Shown here: one piece after another, positions 1-12,988 of the stretch
Numbering within the stretch: the stretch's first letter is position 1
Layout: every line of letters begins with the position of its first letter
DNA from: Octopus vulgaris
Taxonomy: Eukaryota
Direction: 5' to 3'
Length of the DNA stretch: 64,000 bases
Assembly: GCA_951406725.2 (NCBI GenBank)
Contig: OX597818.1
Span: forward strand, 140,492,001 to 140,556,000
Translations under genes and position numbers: made by a program
The notes under the pieces: model-generated
Seen by the model: the letters and a program-made list of their open reading frames with translations, nothing else
Told to the model about the DNA's origin: nothing
The model's database searches: none

Positions 1-767
1 TCCTTTTAACGGGTGTTGACAGCAAATGGATCGCCTGACCATCGGGACGCATCTTTTCCACAAGAAGCGAAAGAGGATGCGTTGTAGTTTGGTGATGGTA
101 GGGTCGGGACAAGGTACGACGGTCAGGCGGTAGTAGATGACGGACGCGATGTACGTGTTCGCCACCTCCGCCCGACCTTTTAGGGACAGTTTCCTCTCGG
201 TCCATTGCCGGGCGAGAGTGACCACCCTACTCGTTATCTCGTTCCAGTTCTTCTCCACTTGGAGGTCCGGACCAAACCAGACCCCGAGCAACTCAACCGG
301 GCCGTCGGTCCAGCGTCCCACGACGGAGGCGCTGGTGGACGGCATGGGCTTGCTTCTCCAGGTGCCGAGTCGCAAGCCCACTGACTTTTCCCGGTTGATT
401 TTTGCTCCTGTCACCGCTTCGTAGTTTTTCAGTGTCTCGCCGACCTGCTCGATGTGCTCGTGGCTAGACACTATGACGGTGACGTCGTCCGCGTATGCAG
501 ACACGCTCGTCCCGCATCCCAGTTCTCGCGGAATGCCTCTCAAGGTTGCCAGCTTCCGCAATAATGGCTCGAGAGTCAATACGTATAGAAGCGACGAGAG
601 GGGGCATCCCTGACGGACCGAACGTGCGATGTCGAAGGGTCTCGATAGATGTCCATTCACGCGAATTACCGAACGGATGCCTCTGTACAAAGCGGCTATC
701 CAGCCGCGGAAGACGCGACCGAAGCCAGCCGCTCCGAGGACCGCCTCCAAGTATCGATGGTCCACCC
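1..767 (-). mobile_element. Non-LTR retrotransposon (Tx1/L1 clade) reverse transcriptase fragment, 5'-truncated, continues past the window start
   Basis: Manual minus-strand translation (no ATG, so absent from the ORF track) is open: RVDHRYLEAVL...GFG...WIAALY...VRQGCPLSSLLYVLTLEPLL...SAYADDVTV...YEAVTGAKINREKS...LLGVWFG...W..RKLSLKGRAEVAN...FRFLW. These are L1/Tx1 RT and thumb motifs. GC-rich relative to the flanks. Confidence 0.92.
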
Positions 768-1235
768 TATAGATAGATAGGTATAACACAGAGAGAGAGA
801 AAGGACAGAGAGATAGAGAGAGAGTGAAAGCTAGACAGGTAGATAAATAGGTACGTAGATATGCATATACATAGATATGTATAAATATATATATATAAAT
901 ATATATACATACACATATGTATGCATTTATATATATGTATGTATATATGTATGTATGTATGGATGGATGGATGGATGGATGGATGGATGGATGGATGGAT
1001 GGATGGATGGATGGATGTATGGATGAAGGGATGGATGGATGTGCGTATGTGTGTATGTATACACATATATACGGTATTGTATATGTATATAAATATTTAC
1101 GAATATATATCTATATGTGTGTGCGTTTTTGTGAGCGTATGTATGCGAAAGTGGTTACGTTTGCCACCTTCTCTGTTTATCTGCCTCTCTCTCTAGATAT
1201 ATATGTATGCATGTATGTGTGTGTGTATGTGTGTA
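768..1235. repeat. Compound microsatellite (TAGA/GA/TA/TATG/GGAT)n
   Basis: Directly visible; explains ORFs 767-1240. Confidence 0.95.
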
Positions 1236-1814
1236 ACTAATGCGTGTGCGAGAATGGCGAATTTATTTCACTAGCGACCGGCTTATCTCTGTCCCAAATA
1301 AAATCGTCCTAGAACCAAATTATTTAGCGTGTTACTTACAAAGGTAGTTGAATGTAAATTGAATCAGAATTCACCTTTATGTATCTCTACACCCTACAGA
1401 CACCATTATATTCCCATATTTACAACGTTGTACAACTATAGATAGTGATAAATTGATTAGTCCGATTGTTTGTGGTTGGGAATTTGGTCGAAGCTGTTAG
1501 GACATTGATAAGGAAAAGAAGTTCAGCCATTTTGTATGTGATTCTAGAGATCTTTGTTATTTCAATAGTTATGTTCCTTAGCGTACTTTGGTTTCTTAAC
1601 TGTTCAAACCCTACCGGGTTAAACTAAATCTGATAACATTTAGTCCGTGATATTTTTTCTTATTACTTTTCAGTTGTATTTTGACTTGGAATACACTTAT
1701 ATACATAGACACAAGTGCGGCTATGTGGTACGAAGCTTTTTTCCCAGCCACATAGCTCCGTGATCAGTTCTACTGTATGGCACATTCGGTAAGTCTCTTA
1801 TACTATAGCCTATG

Positions 1815-1881
<67 letters not shown>

Positions 1882-2136
1882 TCCTTTATTCCACAGTCAA
1901 AAATTGTGAAGCATGACCGTCACCACTACTACATGAACCTGAAGATTGCAGAATTTAATGCATGAAAGTACTAGTTCAATCAGAATGAACATTTAACATT
2001 CTATTATTTTATTTTATTTTATTATATTATCTTATATCATTATAAGATTGTAAATAAAACGTGAAAATCAGACAAGGTCGGAATTCCTTTTATTAATATA
2101 TTCTTCTATACACAATCACACACCCCCGTATATATA

Positions 2137-2189
<53 letters not shown>

Positions 2190-2201
<12 letters not shown>

Positions 2202-2410
2202 ACATATCTATGTGTGTGTGTGTCTTTGTGTCAGTGTTTGTGCTGCACCACCGCTTGACAGCCGATGTTGCGGTATTTACGTCCCAGTTGGCTAGCGGTT
2301 CGGTACTAGACATGAAGAATAAGTTCTGTGGGCGATTTGCTCAACTAAAACATATAAGACGCTGCCCTAGCATAGCTGCAATCAAATGACTGAAACAAGT
2401 AAGAGATAAA
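2190..2410 (+). mobile_element. Degenerate 3' half of SINE family B
   Basis: Similar to the reverse complement of 24081-24290 (caatcaaatgactgaaacaagtaagag). Confidence 0.65.
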
Positions 2411-2839
2411 AGATATATTTTTTTAAAGATAGGCACAACAGAATGGCGTAGGTATGGTTGTGGATTCGGCGAGTTTTCAGAATCTAAATGATTTAAGCTC
2501 AACGATGTGTAGCCAGTTTTTTTTATGTGTATCGTATGTGGTGGTCTTAGCATATTTGAACTGGTAACATCACTACTTACCGCTGCCATTTCATAATTTG
2601 TTTGCAGTGAGCCGCGGATTAACGCTGAGTCAATCTCTCTGGTTAGTTCTCAGCGTATTGTGTCTGATTTCTGTAACTGAAGAGGAGATAATCACACCGA
2701 AATATTGTATCTCACAATCTGCGGAGGTGCGCTGCGAGCTGATTTTGATATATTTACAACATTTGTCTACAGAGAGAAATTTTCTCCATGACGAAATACA
2801 ATGAATGTGTTCGAAAATTCCCCAAGCATATGTCAACTG

Positions 2840-3180
2840 GTAAAAAAAAGTAAAGACCCCCTTTGATCATGAAAGACCATGGGGTTCCACCTTGAAATTT
2901 ATCCCCAGAGGCACAAGTCCGGGCATGGTCATTTATGGACGACCAACAGTCGCCCATGCATACCAGCTCCCACTTTCCACGCTACTGTTGTTATCCAAGG
3001 GAAAGGCAAACACTGATACAATTTGGGACCAGTGACGTCGCAACAGATTTCTACAGCTCGGTGATCTGGAGCAACATGAAATAAAGTGTCTTGCTCAAGA
3101 ACACAACACACAGCCCGGTCCGGGAATCGAACTCACTACTTTATGATTGTGAGCCCGACGCTCTAACCACTAAGCAATAC
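2840..3180 (-). mobile_element. tRNA-derived SINE, family A
   Basis: Minus strand has A-box-like TAGTGGTTAG and B-box GTTCGATTCC, then GTGTTCTTGAGCAAGACACTT; homologous to 29482-29778 and 39419-39614. Confidence 0.85.
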
Positions 3181-3527
3181 ACTTTTGCACGGTTTCAACT
3201 CGTAATGATAATCTTGTATAGATAATCAAATGCGCTTTATGTTTATTAACATTTTGGTTAAAACATATCTGAAATTTTATCATTTTTAAGTCTTCGTTCA
3301 TTTTTAAGACGGTGTAATGTTATCTGTGAGTTATTGCAATGAGGACTGTACCATGCTGACCGATCACGAGCAGAGGTTCCCTTCATGACTGGCGTAGTGG
3401 AAATCCTTTTCTCCGTGGCAAAAACATGTATTTTGCCCAGGGGAAAACTTTCGGTAGCTTTCGTTCTTTTATTTTTGTATCTTTGTGTTGCGTCAATATT
3501 TGTACGACGAAATTCGGGGAAATGGTA

Positions 3528-3616
<89 letters not shown>

Positions 3617-4227
3617 ATGTATATATGTATGTATATATGTATGTATGTATATATGTATGTATATATGTATGTATGTATATGTATGTATGTATATGTAGAG
3701 AGCAGGAGAGACAAGCAGGCAGCAGAGGCAGAGAGAAAGAGAGAGAGAGTGAGAGGCAGACAAACTATGTTTTTAGTAAATGAAGAAAGGAACGTAGTGA
3801 ATCGTTGAAAGACGAACATATTGAGAGAGACTCATGGAGTCAGAGAGAAAGCGAGAGAAATTATGAAGTAATAAAGGATATATTGAAAAAGATGAAAATG
3901 GTCAGAGAATGGGGTGGTAGAAGATAGACAACCTGGAAAACTTGGATGAAAATTGAAAGAATGTGGCAAATGCATATAAGTAGAAAAATAAAAAATAATA
4001 ACTCGTCATATATTAATATACACTAAGAAGAAAGCATAGAGAATCGAAGTATTTAGAAAGAAGGGACTTTAAAGTGAGAAAATACGAAGAATCTCAACAT
4101 AAAGCAACGTAAAGGCAAGATTCCAACAGATACGACGTAAAGAATGAGACAAATAATTCAGAAATACCCGAAAATGATAAGCTAATACCAATACCAATGT
4201 GCTAAGTCAGATGTCATATATACATAT

Positions 4228-7200
4228 ATCTCTATATGTATAAAGCAGTTTGAGTGTGTGTCTTTGCGCGCGTAAGCGTATGTTCCTTATGCATTCTAAA
4301 GGTTAGTTGCTAGTTTTTACGTATGGGGTATCAAACGATTAATTTATTTTTCAACTACAAAATAAACTTTATTTTCATTTACATATATGCAGTACAAAAA
4401 TTTAACATTATAATCCTTCTATAAGTCATCTATCATAAACGACATTTTATACAACGACCACCTCCACCACGATGTCACATTTTCTATATGGGTGTGTATG
4501 TGTCTGTCAATGTGTGAGTGATTTTGCACATTCTCTACGTCCATTAAGGACATGACTGTATATAAGGATGTATGTGTCTGTCAGTATACATACATTTTTG
4601 TGACGACTGGCACACGCGCACACGCAGACATACACACACACACTCAAACACACACAGACATATATACATCTAAAGACAGCGATAAACACATAAAGGGTCT
4701 GAGATAGGCCTGAGGTGTGCGTGAATGTATGTGTATGTTTGTCTCAGTATATGTACGAGACAGTACCACCCAATAGTGAAACGCTCCTACTTTGAAATAG
4801 TTTAGTTTAGTTGCGGCCTGAATATTGAAGGAACAACAGCGTTCACTTTGAAGTACCAGTGTCTGAATTTTCTTTTACATCATGGTGAGTTGTGGTTTCT
4901 TCTTTTCTTTCTTTATCCCCGTCTGTCTTGATAGACAATGGGTTGCGCCAAGGGTGGGGCCTACTTTGATGATGTGCAGCGTCTGCTGTGACTGAACAGT
5001 CCAATTCTAGAGTGGCAGTCCTTAGTACAGTTGCTGCACACGAACATCGATGGGTACGTGTGGGGTGTTGCTGCAGTTGTCCTCCTCCTGTACCGCCTGT
5101 CCAACCACAGCTGTGCTCTCCTCTCCTCAGCCATGGAAACGCCTTTCCTCACCGTCCGACGCCAGGCAGAGCGGTCAGCAGCTGTTTCCTCCCACGTGTC
5201 CACACAGATGTTGGCAGTCCTCAGGTCGCGCTTGCACACCTCCCTGTATCGTAGCTTGGACGTCCCTTGGGTCGGGATCCCGTGGTGAGTTCTGTGGTTA
5301 AACAGCATTAACGATTATCACTATTTATGTGCTGAAATATTATTTTTTTCTTTTTTTACTTTTTAACCAAGGTAAAATTTTGCCTGATTTGACAGCACTC
5401 ACTATACTTATAAATATATCTAGAAAATATTATTCTGGTTATTATAACAAATTCGGAAACTTGGCGAAGAAGAAAGCTTTAGTAGCGCTTTCAGTATAAT
5501 TACAGAAATGTTATTGCAGTCCTTATAACTACATTGAAAATAATGCTTTTTGTTTTAACAATCCTAGCGTCCTTATCATATCCCTGCTATGCTGCTTGAA
5601 CAAAAAACTTGTACTGCGTTAGTCAGTATTTATTCTACAGCCTATAAGTTTACACTCTTAAAATATATCGAAAACCCCGACAAAAACGGGAAAATTCAAA
5701 CAGCTATTTTTGAAAGGTTGCTTTTCCAGTTTTCAAGAGTAAATGGGTCACAATATTTACTGCATTTACTACAGTTTTGACTCTGAAAAAAAAAATTATA
5801 AATGTTCACTACTTTGCCAAAACTATATCAGTGAAGTAAAGACGCAATAAAACCTATAAAACATACCCAGAACACTATTTCAGAAAATTATTACTGTTCC
5901 CTTTGAGCATATAAAAGACAAATTTAGGCGGGAAAATATGAGTAAGACAAGACAAGGTAAATACGCCCTTCCAGTTCCCCAGAGTTAAATTTGAAAATAG
6001 TCATACACATAAACATCCATCCTTAGACCTCAAAAGTACAACAAATTTTTAAATATTTTGCTCAAATGAAAGCGGATGATGGAAAAATAGCATTTTATAT
6101 GAAACTGACGAATCTCAGCTAAATCTAAAAACTCAGTATAAAATACTCTTTATAGCTACTTCACTATAGTTACATAGTCAAAAATTATGCAGATATTTTA
6201 TTAGCTACCTCAATTACAATCGAGTCAAATTTGAGAAAAATTTTCTTGACAATAGCACCTGTCACCTATGTTTCAAACACTGAACATCAACAACTATGTA
6301 AACTATATTCACCAATTTTTACTCCCAACTTCGTAGCCTATATTGACCAAATTTTACTCTCAAAGATGATGCAATCGTACAGAGTGAGAGAAAATAACAA
6401 GAAATCAGAAATTATTCATTTTGACCCACTTCCATCTTGTAATTTCAAGTGTTTGCCAGAATCACGTAAAATATATGAAAAATATAAGAATAAAAAAGGT
6501 TCGATGTGATGTAACATTTGAATATATGTGCAATAATTCTAAAGCTAAAAAAATGCTTTTAGCTGCTGAGAGATGTGACTTTATAATTAAAACTAAATTC
6601 AAAAGTCTTCTTTGCTTCCATGCTTCATGAAACAAACCAGTTTTCAAAGCTTCAGTGAAATAAATTTAGAAGTAGAAATGTGTGTGCGTTAATTTGTAGG
6701 TTTGGGACTGGGTATAAAATTGAATAATACTTCCAAAATTGGATTTCAAAAATGAATGCTAAGTCACCAAAGACTATGTTGTGGGTGATCTCACCCGACA
6801 AAGTTTTTGAAAATGTATACATAAATATTGGAGTAAAATAAGCCACAGCTAAAAATTAAAAAAAATATTAAATACATCCATTTGTCTATGTTATAAGGAA
6901 ATACAGTCAGGTGGGGGCTACTTGTGAAGGTATGCAATTTTTGGATAGCAAATAAGTCTAAATAAGTTTCTCCTTAATTTGGCAGATAGCATCTCCCACT
7001 CTACTTCACTGATTCCGCTGATGCAGTGGCATTATCTCTCTCTTTCAATTTCTCATTTTAATGTATGGGAGACACTATGTTGTCGACATCATGTTTCAAC
7101 CTCACTAATTTCATCGATATATGATTAAACCTGGATTCCATTTCATTTTTTACACAGCTATCAATTATATAGATAATCCAAACTGGTCTCTAAAGATAAC

Positions 7201-8084
7201 TTCTTTTTATACAATATTTATGTGTACATTTCCATACATGCTTCTCGATGTAAAAATAACAAACTTTTAGCAAACACAGACGCACACAAACACACACACA
7301 GACACAGACACACACACATACACACTAGGTAAAATTTCTGCACGAATTATATTATTTCTTGCAGTGTGCACACGCAAAATTACCGTTCAAATCCAATTGA
7401 AATTACCTTTTCCTATTCTGTAATACGTGCTTGTGATGGGCGTATTTAAAAACCTGATCTTCAATATAAACTTAAAACGAAGTTCTCCCAGAAATTCTGT
7501 CCTTCACCTGTTGTTTATAGCATGTCCGATGTGATATTTGCACTACTCTACCTCGTTTTTTCCCTAAATTACTTCTAATTCCTATGTTTTCGATAGAGGA
7601 GATTAGGATTTCGCCCTAAAAACACGTTCTCAATATTTTAATTTGTTCCCTCCCACCACAATTTTTCATTTTTTAGTTTTTTCAAAATCTTTTTTCTTGG
7701 TATTCCACGGAGTACAACGGAGAGTATGAATCTTTAAGAATTTTCTTCTTTCTTTTCTCCTAAAGAAACACTGAAATCTCCTCCAACATCTACCCATCAC
7801 CTCACCCAAGCTCTTGATGTTTCGCTATTAGCTTTTTGGAAAGCGAGTATGTTTCTTCAGAAATAATATCGTCTACATGTTGATTCTAGCATGTCGGGTT
7901 TTCTGGTGGTGGTCTGATATTTTTTAAGTCTGCTACTTCAATACAATTCTACGCATGCGCAAAACATCTGACGACAGTGAAACATTGGGAGTTTGTAGCC
8001 GATTGTGGCCATAAGAAAATAACAATAATACAATGTGGCTGTGGTCCACAACAACCAACTGAGCATCGCCGGGAAGCATTGCTA

Positions 8085-8085
<1 letters not shown>
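4228..8085 (+). mobile_element. Probable non-autonomous Helitron. The 3' end is well supported, the 5' boundary is tentative; it would contain the RTE fragment.
   Basis: 3' end ...ctgagcatcgccgggaagcattgCTAG|t (about 8059-8086) matches the hairpin+CTAG end at 16741 and 56281; candidate 5' end aTCtctatatgtataaagc near 4228. Confidence 0.45.
4895..5290 (-). mobile_element. RTE-clade LINE 3' end (C-terminal region with C2H2-like finger, short 3' UTR, A-rich tail)
   Basis: ORF 4961-5308: KLRYREVCKRDL...WEETAADRSAWR...CSNCTKDCHSRIGLFSHSRRC, a typical RTE C-terminus. Confidence 0.85.
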
Positions 8086-8127
<42 letters not shown>

Positions 8128-8128
<1 letters not shown>

Positions 8129-9987
8129 TTTATTTTAAGCAGCAGAAAATTCAACAAAATCTGTTACTCTGAGTTTCTCGTTGCCGTTCATCAGACAGTT
8201 TTTGCTAGAATGGAACATATATATTAATTCAATCTATACTCTTACAAACGCTACACCTTTAAAAAGAAATGGACTTGTTTGATTGGCCCTTTAGAAAAAA
8301 CGGTCAATCCTCGAGCGATAAACAAAAAGGTCAAAAATATATGTATATATATATAAAAACTTATAAAAATTATAAAATCCGAGGAAAATACCGAGGAAAA
8401 ACCTGTTGCCGTTAATGAAGACAGTACAAATTAATGCATAGAAATTAAACCTGTTATAAATACTGCAATACATATTTATATTAAAATCCACATATATATA
8501 TCAACATACACAAAAGGATGCGCGTAAACGCCATACATACACATACAGACGTATGAATATGAATCTAAATTATACACATAAAAGCATGTGTACATATATT
8601 CACGCAAACCGTCTCGCACGCAAGCTAAAATTCATCTATGTAGCAATTCTCATATACTGAGCAAGGAGGGGGAACGAAAGAAAGGGAAAGAGAGAAAAAG
8701 GAACGGAGGAGGGGTGGGGGAAAAAGCTTGTAGCTATGTTATTTGGCATCTATAGAGGCCTGTATACATACACAAGTTTGAATTGATACATATACATACC
8801 GTCGTGTATATGTGTGCTTAAGCACAAGCATACTTTCACTCACACATACACAGATACGCATGCTTACAAATACATATGCTTTGCTATACACAAACTTATA
8901 TAAACATTCTAAATTTGACAACATTGCTTTTTTTATAAAAAAACATTGCTTTTAAAAAATGGGTGCATTAATAAAAATATATACGAAAGACCTATAAAAT
9001 AAAATATAACATCCTATTTTGGGTCATTTATAAATAATCAAGGTAATATAAATAATCAAGGTAATCTTATGCAATACAATAACATGAAAACAAAGTTTGT
9101 AGGTTTTTCCTAATATATATGTAGAAACAATAAGACTTTGCTATAGGTCCGTTGTAGCTCTCAAGAGTCAAAATCAAAATCAAAAAATCAAAATACAAAA
9201 TATATACTCTATCCATATGGTATATTTATATTCGACATTTTAAATTTAGCCTTGTGCCTACATAAGTTCATTAATTCACTTCTTTGATTCAAAGAATTAT
9301 TGTCTTTGAATAATATATGCATTTTTTCTAATAAGCAAAGCCTGCACTTGAAATTATATTTGTAAGCTCCATGCCTGTATGGTGCCGCCCTGTCCAGAAT
9401 GCTCCATGTCACGTTGAAAGGTGGGCTTCCTTTTCTTTTAGTTCCCAGACATATTTTGCTAGGCTGGTTTTCTTTCTATTCTCTGGGTATTTAAAAGAAT
9501 TCTTATGAGAATAAAATCTTGTTTTAAATGAATTTTCTGAAGCCCCTGTGTATGTCTTGTATTCCGATGAGCCTTCCACTTGCACCTTGGCTCTATAAAC
9601 TACTCCTTTCACTAGACATTTCCCTTCTAACGGACAGGAGCTTTCGTTTTTGAAATTACATTTCTTAATGGGCTCGGCACCATGTCTAATCTCAATTAGC
9701 TTCCTATTATGTTGGCTAATGTAAGAGGCGAAATTTCTGCAACAAGAATAGCTAACCTTCAGGGTTCTTCTATTAAATATTCTGTAGAATTTATGACCCT
9801 GCCTAAAATGCTTAGAGACTAATCTCAAAAATTCCTTACCTATATTAGTCTTTACGGCCAAATTGAAAGCCGGGTTGAACCACAAAACTTTCCTAGTCCT
9901 AGTTCTTCGTGCAGCATTATTATTAGCATTAAGCTGGTTGAACTGGATCTTCTCCGAGAATCCACTATTCTTTAATGCGCTATCGTA
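8128..9987 (-). mobile_element. Penelope-like element, 5'-truncated copy (left palindrome arm) with frameshifted GIY-YIG ORF and about 1.1 kb 3' UTR/pLTR
   Basis: Reverse complement of 10016-11876; ORFs 9409-10140 and 9209-9412 are split by a 1-bp deletion (GGG at 9423-9425 vs CCCC at 10578-10581). Confidence 0.93.
8156..8203 (-). ncRNA. Minimal type I hammerhead ribozyme motif (mirror copy)
   Basis: Exact reverse complement of 11801-11848. Confidence 0.85.
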
Positions 9988-10015
9988 ATAAGGTGCAGCA
10001 TTATACACATATATA

Positions 10016-10795
10016 TACGATAGCGCATTAAAGAATAGTGGATTCTCGGAGAAGATCCAGTTCAACCAGCTTAATGCTAATAATAATGCTGCACGAAGAA
10101 CTAGGACTAGGAAAGTTTTGTGGTTCAACCCGGCTTTCAATTTGGCCGTAAAGACTAATATAGGTAAGGAATTTTTGAGATTAGTCTCTAAGCATTTTAG
10201 GCAGGGTCATAAATTCTACAGAATATTTAATAGAAGAACCCTGAAGGTTAGCTATTCTTGTTGCAGAAATTTCGCCTCTTACATTAGCCAACATAATAGG
10301 AAGCTAATTGAGATTAGACATGGTGCCGAGCCCATTAAGAAATGTAATTGCAAAAACGAAAGCTCCTGTCCGTTAGAAGGGAAATGTCTAGTGAAAGGAG
10401 TAGTTTATAGAGCCAAGGTGCAAGTGGAAGGCTCATCGGAATACAAGACATACACAGGGGCTTCAGAAAATTCATTTAAAACAAGATTTTATTCTCATAA
10501 GAATTCTTTTAAATACCCAGAGAATAGAAAGAAAACCAGCCTAGCAAAATATGTCTGGGAACTAAAAGAAAAGGAAGCCCCACCTTTCAACGTGACATGG
10601 AGCATTCTGGACAGGGCGGCACCATACAGGCATGGAGCTTACAAATATAATTTCAAGTGCAGGCTTTGCTTATTAGAAAAAATGCATATATTATTCAAAG
10701 ACAATAATTCTTTGAATCAAAGAAGTGAATTAATGAACTTATGTAGGCACAAGGCTAAATTTAAAATGTCGAATATAAATATACCATATGGATAG
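10016..10795 (+). pseudogene. C-terminal part of PLE polyprotein: RT thumb end, Cys-rich linker and GIY-YIG endonuclease; no RT catalytic core and no native start
   Basis: YDSALKNSGF...WFNPAF...CNCKNESSCPLEGKCL...GVVYRA...YTGASENSFKTRFYSH...CRLCLLEK...LNQRSE...CRH; the Cys pattern resembles Naiad-type PLEs (clade call needs phylogeny). Confidence 0.9.
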
Positions 10796-11800
10796 AGTAT
10801 ATATTTTGTATTTTGATTTTTTGATTTTGATTTTGACTCTTGAGAGCTACAACGGACCTATAGCAAAGTCTTATTGTTTCTACATATATATTAGGAAAAA
10901 CCTACAAACTTTGTTTTCATGTTATTGTATTGCATAAGATTACCTTGATTATTTATATTACCTTGATTATTTATAAATGACCCAAAATAGGATGTTATAT
11001 TTTATTTTATAGGTCTTTCGTATATATTTTTATTAATGCACCCATTTTTTAAAAGCAATGTTTTTTTATAAAAAAAGCAATGTTGTCAAATTTAGAATGT
11101 TTATATAAGTTTGTGTATAGCAAAGCATATGTATTTGTAAGCATGCGTATCTGTGTATGTGTGAGTGAAAGTATGCTTGTGCTTAAGCACACATATACAC
11201 GACGGTATGTATATGTATCAATTCAAACTTGTGTATGTATACAGGCCTCTATAGATGCCAAATAACATAGCTACAAGTTTTTTCCCCACCCCTCCTCCGT
11301 TCCTTTTTCTCTCTTTCCCTTTCTTTCGTTCCCCCTCCTTGCTCAGTATATGAGAATTGCTACATAGATGAATTTTAGCTTGCGTGCGAGACGGTTTGCG
11401 TGAATATATGTACACATGCTTTTATGTGTATAATTTAGATTCATATTCATACGTCTGTATGTGTATGTATGGCGTTTACGCGCATCCTTTTGTGTATGTT
11501 GATATATATATGTGGATTTTAATATAAATATGTATTGCAGTATTTATAACAGGTTTAATTTCTATGCATTAATTTGTACTGTCTTCATTAACGGCAACAG
11601 GTTTTTTCCTCGGTATTTTCCTCGGATTTTATAATTTTTATAAGTTTTTATATATATATACATATATTTTTGACCTTTTTGTTTATCGCTCGAAGATTGA
11701 CCGTTTTTTCTAAAGGGCCAATCAAACAAGTCCATTTCTTTTTAAAGGTGTAGCGTTTGTAAGAGTATAGATTGAATTAATATATATGTTCCATTCTAGC

Positions 11801-11848
11801 AAAAACTGTCTGATGAACGGCAACGAGAAACTCAGAGTAACAGATTTT
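11801..11848 (+). ncRNA. Minimal type I hammerhead ribozyme motif
   Basis: aaaa-CTGT [CTGATGA 11810-11816] a-cg-GCAA-cg-a [GAAA] C-TC-A-GA-[GTA 11837-11839] ACAG-a-tttt: core boxes, stem I CTGT/ACAG, 2-bp stem II with GNRA loop, near-palindromic stem III ACTC-A-GAGT. Confidence 0.85.
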
Positions 11849-11945
11849 GTTGAATTTTCTGCTGCTTAAAATAAAGCATATTACTCTACCACTGGTATTT
11901 GAGTACTCTTTTTTCCACCTTGTTTCACATTTATGTGTTTACTCC

Positions 11946-11948
<3 letters not shown>

Positions 11949-12021
<73 letters not shown>

Positions 12022-12155
12022 TATACACATATACATATGTGTGTGTGCATGTAGATATATATATATATATATATATGTGTGTGTATGTGTGTGTGCGTGT
12101 GTACACACACACATAAATATATGTACAAACATATATATACATGTGTATATATATG

Positions 12156-12223
<68 letters not shown>

Positions 12224-12314
12224 AATGCATGTATACATATATGTACACGTATATATCAATATACATTTTTATTAATTTATGTTTATACACAAATAATTAC
12301 ACACACACATATAT

Positions 12315-12350
<36 letters not shown>

Positions 12351-12400
12351 GCATCTGCACACGTGCATACATATGCTTATATATACCTATGTATATATTT
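11949..12400. repeat. Compound (TA)n/(CA)n microsatellite
   Basis: Directly visible. Confidence 0.95.
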
Positions 12401-12920
12401 ATAAGAAAAGTGTGTGATAGAATATGTCACACTGTATTAGAAAAATCGAGTGGCAGAATGTGTGAAAGAGCGCGAGATTTTTAAGGTGATAAAAATATTG
12501 CAGAACTATATTCTATAAGAACAAGTAATCAGTTTGGTACTTAGCAAGGCTTATTGTAACTTTCATGGTTTCTGTTTCTGCAGCTTGGGTAAATAACCAA
12601 TATACGTGGCAGTTATGAATGTGATCAAACATACGTGGGAAGAATGGAAACGTACAATTTCATACTATACGACCTACTGATAAAATTCTTGATAATTCTA
12701 GGGATTAAAGAAAAGCGGATTATAAGAAAAATCCTAATACTTTGCTATCTTGAAACACCTGCTGGCTTCATTGTGATGGGAGACATATAGCTGTTTATGT
12801 TTATGGTGTGGTTCGGAGGTGTGTATATCTTGTCTCATTGTTTTGTCTTTTGGTATTTGTCGATACATACATAAATGAATGCATATATATACACGTAGAG
12901 ATATAAACATATACACATTC

Positions 12921-12988
<68 letters not shown>

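Larger units (their letters stand above)
10016..11948 (+). mobile_element. Penelope-like element, 5'-truncated copy (right palindrome arm) with 3' UTR/pLTR, ending at a (TA)n tract
   Basis: Carries an uninterrupted thumb-linker-GIY-YIG frame and a hammerhead motif near its 3' end; extends about 72 bp beyond the end of the left arm. Confidence 0.93.

Noticed and set aside
137-776. Plus-strand ORFs 137-424 and 495-776
   Set aside because: Antisense shadows of the minus-strand LINE RT frame.
7962-8000. CTGACGA-cagt-GAAAC hammerhead-like boxes
   Set aside because: No stem II pairing and no convincing stem I; probably chance.
9988-10140. Hydrophobic signal-peptide-like N-terminus of ORF 9409-10140 (MKAGLNHKTFLVLVLRAALLLALSW)
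   Set aside because: It is the antisense of the opposite palindrome arm read through the spacer, begins at a non-ATG codon, and is an artefact of the fold-back.
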